This document shows positions 1 through 8,466 of a stretch of 64,000 nucleotides of DNA, in pieces. Position numbers and translations under genes: made by a program. The notes under the pieces were generated by a model. The model saw only the letters and a list, made by a program, of their open reading frames with translations. It was not told the origin of the DNA and did no database searches. Each line of letters opens with the position of its first letter. Position 1 is the first letter of the stretch. The DNA comes from a virus (taxonomy: Duplodnaviria > Heunggongvirae > Uroviricota > Caudoviricetes): the IMG/VR virus record IMGVR_UViG_3300034102_002177, one strand, 5' to 3'.

Positions 1-1
1 A

Positions 2-2062
2 TCTATTGTATCATATAATCAAAATACAAATACAATAACTAATTTAACTCAATATTTCCCACCTTTTGCTGGTGGTGGTGCGGACATTGCACATACAACT
101 AATAGAATTTTTACAAATGGTGGGATTAATTTAAGAATTTTTGATTATACTCCATGTCCATTTGCAATTTCACCAACCGGATCTACGGTAACTCAATTAC
201 CGTTTACCTCAGGAGCCGGATTAGGGGTAATAAATGATAACACGGTGTTGATAAGTCAATTTACTTTTCCTTTAGGTTCATCAGCTAATTTTTTCACCGT
301 TGATGTCACAAATTTAGCCTCACCGGTTTTAACAATTTTATTTCCTTTAGTTTCTAATAGATATGTTTCTGGTGATATTTTATATATTCCCGGAGTTTCA
401 CCTAAATTAATTGTGACATATAACAACCCAACAGGTACATTATCTTGGGTCACACAACATAATTTCAATACAGGAGCAGTCGAAGTAGATATTTCTCTAC
501 CTTTCCCATTTCCTTTTGGATTATATAGTGATGTAAATGGTGTTTATGTTGTTGATTCAAATTCAGCCCAATTGTATTCAATTTCCTTAACATTCCCTTA
601 TAGTTTAACACCTATAAACACAATACCATTAATTCAAGTTGCCGGAGCTTCATCCATACCGGAATGTTCCATAAGTTCATTTACACCTAGTGGTACAACT
701 CCAACACCAACCGCAACAGTTACTAACACACCAACATTTACTCCAACACCTACTAATACTCCAACAGATCCACCACCAACACCAACATCAACACCAACTA
801 ACACAACAACACCAACTGTTACCCCAACTAATTCTTCAACCGCAAGACCAACACAAACACCAACACAAACGGTGACCCCAACCCCAACTTCAACAAACCC
901 TATAGGTGGTTGTTGTCCAATAGATAATGCCTTACCATTAGAATTACCCGTTATTATTGATGGTGTTACAATAAGTGAAACACACACAGGTTTTGTTAGT
1001 CAAGGACTTCCGATAACTTTTGTACCTTCTTGTGGTTCATCACAAATAACTTTAAACCCACCATTATTTTTTGGTCAAAACGCATTTTCATATACTTTAA
1101 CATTTAATAACCCTGTTAATAATGTAACAATCAGATTGGTTAATTATAGATATACACCAACCAGTACTGATTCATTTATAATAACCACAGATAGTGGAAA
1201 TCCAATAATTACTTCATGTGAGTATTGTTGTGCAACCATAAACAATAACGTTATAACCGCAAGTCAGGATATCTCAAACCCATTTTGTAATAGTACTTTT
1301 GGAATTGGTAGCGGTTTATTTACAATAACCGCAAATGGTCCGTTCAACGTATTAACAATATCAGGACCAGGTAATGGATTAAGTGTGGTATACGCTTCAA
1401 TATGTAATTTTGATGTAATACCGGCGTTAACGCCAACTGCTACTCCAACTAAAACTCCAACACCAACTAGAACACCTGAACCACAATTATTTACATATGT
1501 GGTAGAAAATTGTTGTACAAAACAAATAAGATATGTTAATTTACCAATAAATTTTGTAATAGGTAGTGTAATAGTTGGTACTGACTTTAACTGTTATCAA
1601 GTTATCTCTGTTACAGTTGGTACGACAAATTTAGTTTGGAACGGGACCACATTCACTTCTTGCAATAGTTGTTTATCTGAATTACCTTGCTCAACCCCAA
1701 CTCCAACTCCAACAAAAACTAAAACTCCAACCCCAACGCCAACAATCACTAAAACAGTAACACCAACAAAAACCAAAACTCCAACTCCAACCCCAACTAA
1801 AACGGTAACACCTACAATTACTAAAACAAAAACACCAACCCCAACAAAAACACCAACCCCAACCCCAAATTGTTTTTTCTATAGAATTGTTAATACTAAT
1901 CTAACAAAAGAAGTTTCAATAACATTTACACCATGTTGTGTGACTGAAATTTCTCCTTTGATTATTTCAGCGGGTGGAGCAACAAGTGTTTGTTCATCAA
2001 CAGTACCTTCAGTTCCTGTGGGAGTCACAGTAAGTTTATTAGGTAATTGTCCTACTTGTTAA
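2..2062 (+). CDS. 5'-truncated Thr/Pro-rich, Cys-rich putative tail fibre/virion surface protein
   Basis: The frame of the 245..2062 ORF is stop-free back to base 2 (SIVSYNQNTNT...), so the real start lies upstream of the window. It has three (TP)n tracts and two Cys-rich modules shared with 58511..61087 and 62138..end. Confidence 0.75.
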   Translation, partial: SIVSYNQNTNTITNLTQYFPPFAGGGADIAHTTNRIFTNGGINLRIFDYTPCPFAISPTGSTVTQLPFTSGAGLGVINDNTVLISQFTFPLGSSANFFTVDVTNLASPVLTILFPLVSNRYVSGDILYIPGVSPKLIVTYNNPTGTLSWVTQHNFNTGAVEVDISLPFPFPFGLYSDVNGVYVVDSNSAQLYSISLTFPYSLTPINTIPLIQVAGASSIPECSISSFTPSGTTPTPTATVTNTPTFTPTPTNTPTDPPPTPTSTPTNTTTPTVTPTNSSTARPTQTPTQTVTPTPTSTNPIGGCCPIDNALPLELPVIIDGVTISETHTGFVSQGLPITFVPSCGSSQITLNPPLFFGQNAFSYTLTFNNPVNNVTIRLVNYRYTPTSTDSFIITTDSGNPIITSCEYCCATINNNVITASQDISNPFCNSTFGIGSGLFTITANGPFNVLTISGPGNGLSVVYASICNFDVIPALTPTATPTKTPTPTRTPEPQLFTYVVENCCTKQIRYVNLPINFVIGSVIVGTDFNCYQVISVTVGTTNLVWNGTTFTSCNSCLSELPCSTPTPTPTKTKTPTPTPTITKTVTPTKTKTPTPTPTKTVTPTITKTKTPTPTKTPTPTPNCFFYRIVNTNLTKEVSITFTPCCVTEISPLIISAGGATSVCSSTVPSVPVGVTVSLLGNCPTC
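1694..1867 (+). repeat. Mucin-like (TP/TK)n coding repeat
   Basis: Encodes TPTPTPTKTKTPTPTPTITKTVTPTKTKTPTPTPTKTVTPTITKTKTPTPTKTPTPTP. Similar tracts lie at about 695-900 and 1430-1475. Confidence 0.95.
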
Positions 2063-2068
2063 AAATAG

Positions 2069-2100
2069 TTTGACTTAAAATTATTTTTATTTTATATTTA
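2069..2100 (+). promoter_or_regulatory. Host-sigma-type (early/middle) promoter of the DNA polymerase gene
   Basis: TTTG(2069-72)-N20-TATATTTA(2093-2100) is one mismatch from the Bacteroidota TTTG-N19-21-TAnnTTTG consensus. It also reads as TTGACT-N17-TATATT. Confidence 0.6.
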
Positions 2101-2155
2101 TTGATATAAGGTGAATGTCGTTATACACGGCAGCCAATGAACCAATATTAATAAT

Positions 2156-4939
2156 ATGATATCACAAGAAGAAATTAAAAGTTTCCTAGAAGGAAATGAT
2201 CCTGAACAGCATATAGTTGCTGTAGAGTTTGATTATGTATCAGACCACATTTTTAAAATCAAAGAAGTACCGGGAAAAGGTAAAGTAATTCAACAAGATT
2301 CCCTCATAGCGTTTGCTTGGGTTGGTGATCTACGTGGTCTTAACTTTTACGAAGGGTCCAAAGCTTTACAGAAACAAGCAATGGGTAAATATGGTATTGT
2401 CATAGAAAAACTCCGAACAGATGGTAATGAACGATTAGAGAATGGTTTAACATATATGGTTAAATCAATTAAAGGTTATCGTACATTAACCCAATTCTTC
2501 CGTGATGGTGGAATTGATCCGTGGGGTGAAAAAGCAAAAGATAAAATATTAATGGTTTCTCCCGTGGAACAATACCTCATCTCAAAAGAGAAAAGATTGT
2601 TTAAAGGATTTGAGGAATACAACGACATTACAAGATTTGTATTTGACCTTGAGACGACCGCATTAGAACCAAAAGATGGTCGTATCTTCATGATCGGGAT
2701 GAAAACAAATAAAGGATTCCAAAAAGTTATTGAATGTTCAAATGAAGATGAGGAACGAGCGGGTCTTGTTGAGTTCTTTAGAACAATAGACGATACTAAA
2801 CCATCAATTATTGCGGGTTATAACTCGGCGAACTTTGACTGGTTTTGGATTTTTGAGAGATGTAAAGCATTACATTTAGATATAAAAAAGATTGCTATAT
2901 CAATGAACGGTAAGAAAACAATCTCACAAAGAGAGTCAATGTTAAAGTTGGCAAATGAGGTTGAGAGATATAACCAAGTTCAAATGTGGGGATATAATGT
3001 AATTGATATTATTCACTCAGTTCGTAGAGCACAAGCAATCAATTCAAATATTAAAGAGGCAGGTTTGAAGTATATTACAAAGTATATTGATGCCGAAGCC
3101 CCTGATCGTATTTACATTGACCACACAAGTATTGGACCAATGTACGCCGAGAAAGATGAGTATTGGTTAAATACCGAAAATGGTAAATATAAAAAAGTCG
3201 GTATTGATCCAAAGGTAGATGATATCTGTGTAAGACGAGGAGATGTATATCTTAAAACAACGGGGGACGACATTGTTGAGCGTTATCTTGACGATGACCT
3301 TGAGGAAACATTGATTGTGGATGACGAGTTCAACCAAGCAACGTTTCTATTAGCATCTTTAGTTCCAACAACATATGAACGAGCATCTACAATGGGTACC
3401 GCAACATTATGGAAAATGGTAATGTTAGCGTGGTCATACAAATATGGTTTGGCAATCCCCAAGAAAGAAGAACGAAGAAGTTTTGTTGGTGGTCTATCAC
3501 GATTACTTAAAGTAGGATACTCTAAGGACGTACTTAAGCTTGACTACTCTTCACTATACCCATCCATTCAGTTAGTTCACGACGTGTTCCCTGAGTGTGA
3601 TATAACGGGAGCAATGAAAGGTTTATTAACTTACTTCCGTAACTCTCGTATCATGTATAAGAATTTGGCCGCGGAATATAAAGATATTGATAAAAAGAAA
3701 TCTACATCATTTGACCGTAAACAATTACCAATTAAGATCTTCATTAATGCATTCTTCGGATCTTTATCCGCACCACAGGTATTCCCGTGGGGAGATATTG
3801 ACATGGGAGAGCAGATCACTTGTACAGGTAGACAATACTTAAGGCAAATGTTAAACTTCTTTAGTAAGAGAGGATATAGTCCTTTGGTGTGTGATACCGA
3901 TGGTATGAACTTCTCATTACCTGAGGGTGGTGTTGATGATCGGGTTTATATTGGTAAAGGTAACAATTGGTTGGTTAAAGAAGGTAAGGAGTATCGTGGT
4001 TATGATGCCGATGTTGCCGAGTTTAATGATATCTTTATGAAAGGTGAGATGGGACTTGATTGTGATGGTACTTGGGATTCTTGTATTAACTTGGCACGTA
4101 AGAACTACGCAACAATGGAACACAACGGTAAAATCAAATTAACAGGTAATAGTATCAAATCCAAAAAGATGCCTAAGTATATTGAGAAGTTCTTAGATAA
4201 AGGAGTGAAACAATTACTTAAAGGTGAGGGTAAAGAATTTATTGAGTGGTATTATGAATACTTAGAAAAAATCTTCGACCAAAGAGTTCCATTAGCGGAG
4301 ATTGCATCCAAATCTAAAGTTAAATTATCTATTGAGGATTACATTAAACGTAGTAAACAAACCACAAAGGCAGGTAATCTTAATTCACGAATGGCTCATA
4401 TGGAACTTCTTATTAGAGATGGGGTTCAGGCAAATCTTGGTGATATGATCTTATATGTTAATAATGGAACAAAGGCAACTCATGGGGATGTTCAAAAAGT
4501 TAACGAGAAGATTACTAAAAAAGATAAGGATGCTTATTTTGAGAAACATGGTAAAATGCCGGTTCTTGGTTCACATATTGAATTGAACTGTTATCGTATT
4601 GATCCTTCAGATTTAGAAAACAATCCTGAAATGTTAGGGGAATATAATATTCAGAGAGCAATCGCAACTTTTAATAAACGAGTAGAACCATTATTAATTG
4701 TATTTGATGATGAGGTAAGAGATACATTGTTAATTAAAAATCCCGAAGATAGAAGTTTTTACACCACAGAACAATGTAAACTAATTAATGGAAAACCATT
4801 TAGCCCTGAAGATCAAGATGATGTTTATGAAAATCTTATTAAGATGGAACAGGGTGAAGTTGATTTTTGGCAATCAGTTGGTATTGATCCTAACTATATG
4901 TATGAGTTAGCGGAAGAAGGTTGGGAACAATACGTATAA
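2156..4939 (+). CDS. polB: Family B DNA polymerase with 3'-5' exonuclease
   Basis: ExoI DLETT, ExoII YNSANFDW, region II LDYSSLYPS, region III KIFINAFFG, region I variant VCDTDG, KNYA; 927 aa with no intein. Confidence 0.96.
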   Translation: MISQEEIKSFLEGNDPEQHIVAVEFDYVSDHIFKIKEVPGKGKVIQQDSLIAFAWVGDLRGLNFYEGSKALQKQAMGKYGIVIEKLRTDGNERLENGLTYMVKSIKGYRTLTQFFRDGGIDPWGEKAKDKILMVSPVEQYLISKEKRLFKGFEEYNDITRFVFDLETTALEPKDGRIFMIGMKTNKGFQKVIECSNEDEERAGLVEFFRTIDDTKPSIIAGYNSANFDWFWIFERCKALHLDIKKIAISMNGKKTISQRESMLKLANEVERYNQVQMWGYNVIDIIHSVRRAQAINSNIKEAGLKYITKYIDAEAPDRIYIDHTSIGPMYAEKDEYWLNTENGKYKKVGIDPKVDDICVRRGDVYLKTTGDDIVERYLDDDLEETLIVDDEFNQATFLLASLVPTTYERASTMGTATLWKMVMLAWSYKYGLAIPKKEERRSFVGGLSRLLKVGYSKDVLKLDYSSLYPSIQLVHDVFPECDITGAMKGLLTYFRNSRIMYKNLAAEYKDIDKKKSTSFDRKQLPIKIFINAFFGSLSAPQVFPWGDIDMGEQITCTGRQYLRQMLNFFSKRGYSPLVCDTDGMNFSLPEGGVDDRVYIGKGNNWLVKEGKEYRGYDADVAEFNDIFMKGEMGLDCDGTWDSCINLARKNYATMEHNGKIKLTGNSIKSKKMPKYIEKFLDKGVKQLLKGEGKEFIEWYYEYLEKIFDQRVPLAEIASKSKVKLSIEDYIKRSKQTTKAGNLNSRMAHMELLIRDGVQANLGDMILYVNNGTKATHGDVQKVNEKITKKDKDAYFEKHGKMPVLGSHIELNCYRIDPSDLENNPEMLGEYNIQRAIATFNKRVEPLLIVFDDEVRDTLLIKNPEDRSFYTTEQCKLINGKPFSPEDQDDVYENLIKMEQGEVDFWQSVGIDPNYMYELAEEGWEQYV

Positions 4940-4957
4940 AATCCTAAATGATGAGGG

Positions 4958-5305
4958 TTAAGACATCTTCAACCCGTCTGAAGATAGTATATACCAGTTT
5001 CCTTCTACAAACTGAAACTGTACGCAAGCCCCCCAATCTAATTGGAGTTCGTCCCATTCCTCATCAATTTTATTCATGTCCGGTTTTATCGTGACATTAG
5101 TTAATACTTTTACTGTTATTTTTTGATTTTTTGTGGAATCCAATACTATTATAGTTTCATCCACGTTTTTAGCAATAATTAATTTTTCACCATTAGACGT
5201 ATAGTTAGGTTCAGATACAATCACATAATCAACAGGTAACTGTTGTTGTGGTTGTTCTGTTCTAGTTACGATCTTTCTTTGTGGTATTTTAATAATATTT
5301 GGCAT
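4958..5305 (-). CDS. Small beta-rich hypothetical protein, possibly virion structural (gp9/gp10-like beta-sandwich pattern)
   Basis: 115 aa ORF coupled to the neck gene. The pattern ITVK..VTI.P..ID...L.L..GA.V.F.F..G.WYI recalls phage baseplate/fibre beta-domains. Confidence 0.45.
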   Translation of the reverse strand: MPNIIKIPQRKIVTRTEQPQQQLPVDYVIVSEPNYTSNGEKLIIAKNVDETIIVLDSTKNQKITVKVLTNVTIKPDMNKIDEEWDELQLDWGACVQFQFVEGNWYILSSDGLKMS

Positions 5306-5306
5306 A

Positions 5307-6431
5307 TTAGATTACATATATTTGTCTTGGCATTGCTCTAAACTTAAGTGACTTATTTAAGTTCTCAGCAATTAATGCTTCTCGTTCCATTACTTTTTCA
5401 GGTTTCAATCTTGTCAATCTACCTTCAGGTCCGATAAGTTCATCAATTAATTTTGTCTTCTCATCTTTTGCTTCAGTTGCCAATGATGTATAATCCATAG
5501 TTAATTCAGAGTCAGGAGTTTTGATGTTTCCACTAAACTTACCTCTTACTCTTGCTAATGTTTCTTTACAATATGCTGTGAACCATCTACGAACCCATAC
5601 TTGAGCAGGATTATTTAGATCTTGCCAAGACATTTGTTGGAATGGAACATCTGATGGCATTTGGATAATATCGGGATTATTTTTTAAACAATCGTCTTTA
5701 TCTTCCTCACAAGCATCATAATACCAATACCACACTCTACCTTTTCTTAAGGTACCGTTACCGAAGTCAAATTTTCCACCCGGTACATTCATTAAGTGTA
5801 TTGCTTTCTTACCATCAGGTAATGCAGTAATTCTATATGTTAAATCCCCTTGAATAATTCTTCTTTGAATGTTAATCTCTTGCATTCTTAATAACATATC
5901 AAACGCTGGCATCATAAAATAACTACCTGCCAAGTTACCCATTTGAGCAAATCCCGCAGGACCAGCTAAACCACCACCGGCAATACCACCAAAAGTCCAT
6001 GGGTCAATTAATGTATTATTTAATTCGGCCGGTGAAAACCATAACAATTCGTTAATTTCCCTACAAGCAGGAATTTCATAAATTTGTTGGTTCTCAACTA
6101 ATTGGATATAATCTTTCTTTAAAACGTAATCCCCTCCGGCTTGTAAACCAACAATCTTGGAGTATGCATATGTATATCTTGTTTCATAGTCCAAACTTTT
6201 TGTAACAAAAGCTTTCGCTAAAGATTGTGTTTCAACATTTAACCCCCAAAGATTAGACCATTGAGATTCAATTAACCAATCTTGGATGTATTGTGAATAA
6301 TCATCAATAGAGAACTCTAACAAAGTATCCATTTGTTCATCCTCTAATTCAACACTACGAAGTGGAGCACCTAATAGGTGACGAATTCTCGTGTATAATT
6401 TACTTCTTTCTGGTTCTGAAATTATTGACAT
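5307..6431 (-). CDS. Neck protein / head-tail adaptor, T4 gp13-like
   Basis: N-terminus RHLLGAPLRSVELEDEQMDTLLEFSIDDY matches the gp13-family LG.P...VE...EQ..D.I pattern; C-terminal WVRRWFTAYCKETLARVRGKF...ELTMD. Confidence 0.8.
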   Translation of the reverse strand: MSIISEPERSKLYTRIRHLLGAPLRSVELEDEQMDTLLEFSIDDYSQYIQDWLIESQWSNLWGLNVETQSLAKAFVTKSLDYETRYTYAYSKIVGLQAGGDYVLKKDYIQLVENQQIYEIPACREINELLWFSPAELNNTLIDPWTFGGIAGGGLAGPAGFAQMGNLAGSYFMMPAFDMLLRMQEINIQRRIIQGDLTYRITALPDGKKAIHLMNVPGGKFDFGNGTLRKGRVWYWYYDACEEDKDDCLKNNPDIIQMPSDVPFQQMSWQDLNNPAQVWVRRWFTAYCKETLARVRGKFSGNIKTPDSELTMDYTSLATEAKDEKTKLIDELIGPEGRLTRLKPEKVMEREALIAENLNKSLKFRAMPRQIYVI

Positions 6432-6451
6432 AGTTTTTATTTATAAATATC

Positions 6452-7546
6452 TTATTTTTTAGTTCTCAATAGATATAGCTCATTAACGAATTCCCAATTT
6501 ACGTAATCCCAAAACTTTTTAATGTATTCGTCTCGTTTATTTCTATAACGTAAGTAGTAAGCGTGTTCCCATACATCAAGACCTAACAATGGATATCCCC
6601 CATCTTTAACGACACTCATCATAGGATTGTCTTGGTTTGGTGTTGAGATGACTTTTAATCTTCCTGTTTTAGTAAGAACCAACCATACCCATCCTGAACC
6701 AAATCTATCTTTAGCTGATTGGTTAAATTCGTCCTTCATTTTTTTAATGTTCCCATATTGTTTGGTAATTTTTTCAAATACTTCACCACTTGGTTTCTGT
6801 CTTTTTGGTGACAACATCTTCCAAAACAAAGCGTGATTAAACGCACCACCAGCATTATTTCTTATTGTTGTATTGTATTTACCAATTGATTTAACAATAT
6901 CTTCTAACTCAACATCACCATAATCTTTTTTTGATAAAGCATCGTTTAATTTTTTAACATATCCTTTGTAATGTTTGTTATAGTGAGTGTTCATAGTTTC
7001 AGGATCCACAAACTTATTTAATGCCGAATATGAATAAGGTAATTTATCAATACCAATTTTTTTCATTTCCATTAAGAAATCTTCACGGATGTTTTCTTTT
7101 TCCGCCAATACAAGTTGTTCTGTTATTAAATTAATTTTTTTACCAATACCAATTAAACCTTCATACATTAATTTTTCGTGTTGGGGAAAATCACGTTCAA
7201 ACTTTTTTAGTACTGAACCGGCTTCTGAATTTGCTTCATCTTCATTTGGACCTCCGATATCAGGTCCTCTCTCCATACCTTTGGTTGATCTTTGCCACTC
7301 GTGTACCCATTCGTGAGCCAGTGTTCTACAAACATCTCTATTAATTCTACCTTTAGTTAAAATTTTAAGTTCTGAATTTTCATTTCTACTCCCCGTAGAC
7401 ATACCATCTGTTTTTTCACCTAAAAATAAAACAGTAACATCATTTTTTACGGGATATTTTTTTTGTAAATATTTTAAAAAATCCTCCACCAATTTTTTGT
7501 CCTCTTTGGACATATCGCATTTTATATGTTTAATAGTTACTTTCAT
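6452..7546 (-). CDS. sod: Fusion of an N-terminal HExxH metallopeptidase-like domain and a C-terminal Fe/Mn superoxide dismutase with Mn-type signature
   Basis: SOD motifs LPYSYSAL, TMNTHYNKHYKGY, NNAGGAFNHALFW, FGSGWVWL, PNQDNP and LDVWEHAYY retain all four metal ligands. N-terminal RTLAHEWVHEWQ...EDEAN. Confidence 0.92.
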   Translation of the reverse strand: MKVTIKHIKCDMSKEDKKLVEDFLKYLQKKYPVKNDVTVLFLGEKTDGMSTGSRNENSELKILTKGRINRDVCRTLAHEWVHEWQRSTKGMERGPDIGGPNEDEANSEAGSVLKKFERDFPQHEKLMYEGLIGIGKKINLITEQLVLAEKENIREDFLMEMKKIGIDKLPYSYSALNKFVDPETMNTHYNKHYKGYVKKLNDALSKKDYGDVELEDIVKSIGKYNTTIRNNAGGAFNHALFWKMLSPKRQKPSGEVFEKITKQYGNIKKMKDEFNQSAKDRFGSGWVWLVLTKTGRLKVISTPNQDNPMMSVVKDGGYPLLGLDVWEHAYYLRYRNKRDEYIKKFWDYVNWEFVNELYLLRTKK

Positions 7547-7572
7547 TAACCATAAATATCTTATAAAATAAA

Positions 7573-7594
7573 AAACCCACCTTATGGTGGGTTT
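7573..7594 (-). terminator. Intrinsic terminator after the 125 aa ORF
   Basis: AAACCCACC-TTAT-GGTGGGTTT hairpin, with an A-run on its left that reads as a U-tail on the minus strand. Confidence 0.75.
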
Positions 7595-7600
7595 ATAATT

Positions 7601-7978
7601 TTATTTTCCTTCTTCAGGGGTTTCTTCGCCCTCTTCTTCTGAAGGTGGTTCCTCTATGTTAAGGGGTTCAATAAATAAACCTAAATTTTGTGCTTTGGTT
7701 TCTAAACAAGTAAGTAGAGGTGTTAATTCATTGGATTTATTCATTCTCATAATTGCCAAATTTATTTCTTTTCTACAATTAAGAAATTCTTCTTTATTTG
7801 TAACTGACATACAACTTTGTGGAATTTGATCAATTGTTAATCCAAAAGTATCAAAACATTCCATAAAAACATCTATGTTTTCAGTTAATAAACCTTTTTG
7901 TTTAAGATATCTTTGTTCAGCAATTAGATTTACTTGCTGAGTTCTTCTAATTTTGGTTTGACTTCTACTATTATTCAT
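7601..7978 (-). CDS. Hypothetical protein, helical four-Cys module with acidic C-terminus
   Basis: 125 aa ORF whose start overlaps the upstream stop by one base (TAATG). It resembles the adjacent 133 aa ORF. Confidence 0.7.
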   Translation of the reverse strand: MNNSRSQTKIRRTQQVNLIAEQRYLKQKGLLTENIDVFMECFDTFGLTIDQIPQSCMSVTNKEEFLNCRKEINLAIMRMNKSNELTPLLTCLETKAQNLGLFIEPLNIEEPPSEEEGEETPEEGK

Positions 7979-8379
7979 TATTTTCCTCTTTTCATTTGGT
8001 TTATTCCCACCATTCGTTCAAATTCACCACCATCACCTAAACGATCGGTTTTAGGGGTATAGTTCATAACCGGATTTGATGTTCCAATTTTACCTAAAAC
8101 ACAATTCATAAATTCTACTCCATCTTGTGATGTTTTATTTAATTTAGATAATTCTGTACCACAAGCCATTACTTTAAAAATATCTGTTGGTATTTTCTTA
8201 TCGGTCATAACCCCCATAGCTAATTCCAAACAAGTTGGGATTTTAGTAAGATCTGATAGTGTTAATACTTCAGAAGCACATTCCATAATTTGAGATGGAA
8301 TATCATTTTGATTTTCTTTTATAACTCTTTTAATTATTCTTGCCAAATCAGATTCGGTTAACCTTACGATTTTTTTCAT
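7978..8379 (-). CDS. Hypothetical protein with MKKIVRLTESDLARIIKRVIKE leader (candidate internal head protein)
   Basis: 133 aa ORF with a TATTTAT motif upstream and four Cys. Confidence 0.7.
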   Translation of the reverse strand: MKKIVRLTESDLARIIKRVIKENQNDIPSQIMECASEVLTLSDLTKIPTCLELAMGVMTDKKIPTDIFKVMACGTELSKLNKTSQDGVEFMNCVLGKIGTSNPVMNYTPKTDRLGDGGEFERMVGINQMKRGK

Positions 8380-8416
8380 ATTTAGTTGTTTCCAAATAAA
8401 TAGTAGTAAAAATAAA

Positions 8417-8440
8417 AAAACCCCAAGTTAATGAGGTTTT
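8417..8440 (-). terminator. Intrinsic terminator after the nuclease gene
   Basis: Minus strand reads AAAACCTCA-TTAACT-TGGGGTTTT followed by further T residues. Confidence 0.6.
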
Positions 8441-8466
8441 ATATATTAAATTATATTTTTATTATT

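Noticed and set aside
634-987. Val/Gly-rich antisense ORF (also 60646..60939)
   Set aside because: It is the reverse-complement reading of Thr/Pro codon repeats (ACA/CCA give TGT/TGG/GTT), so it is a shadow ORF.
2476-4123. Short antisense ORFs within polB, and similar ones within nrdB, the helicase, exonuclease, hub and tape measure genes
   Set aside because: They are fully nested opposite conserved genes, with no motifs, promoters or start context.
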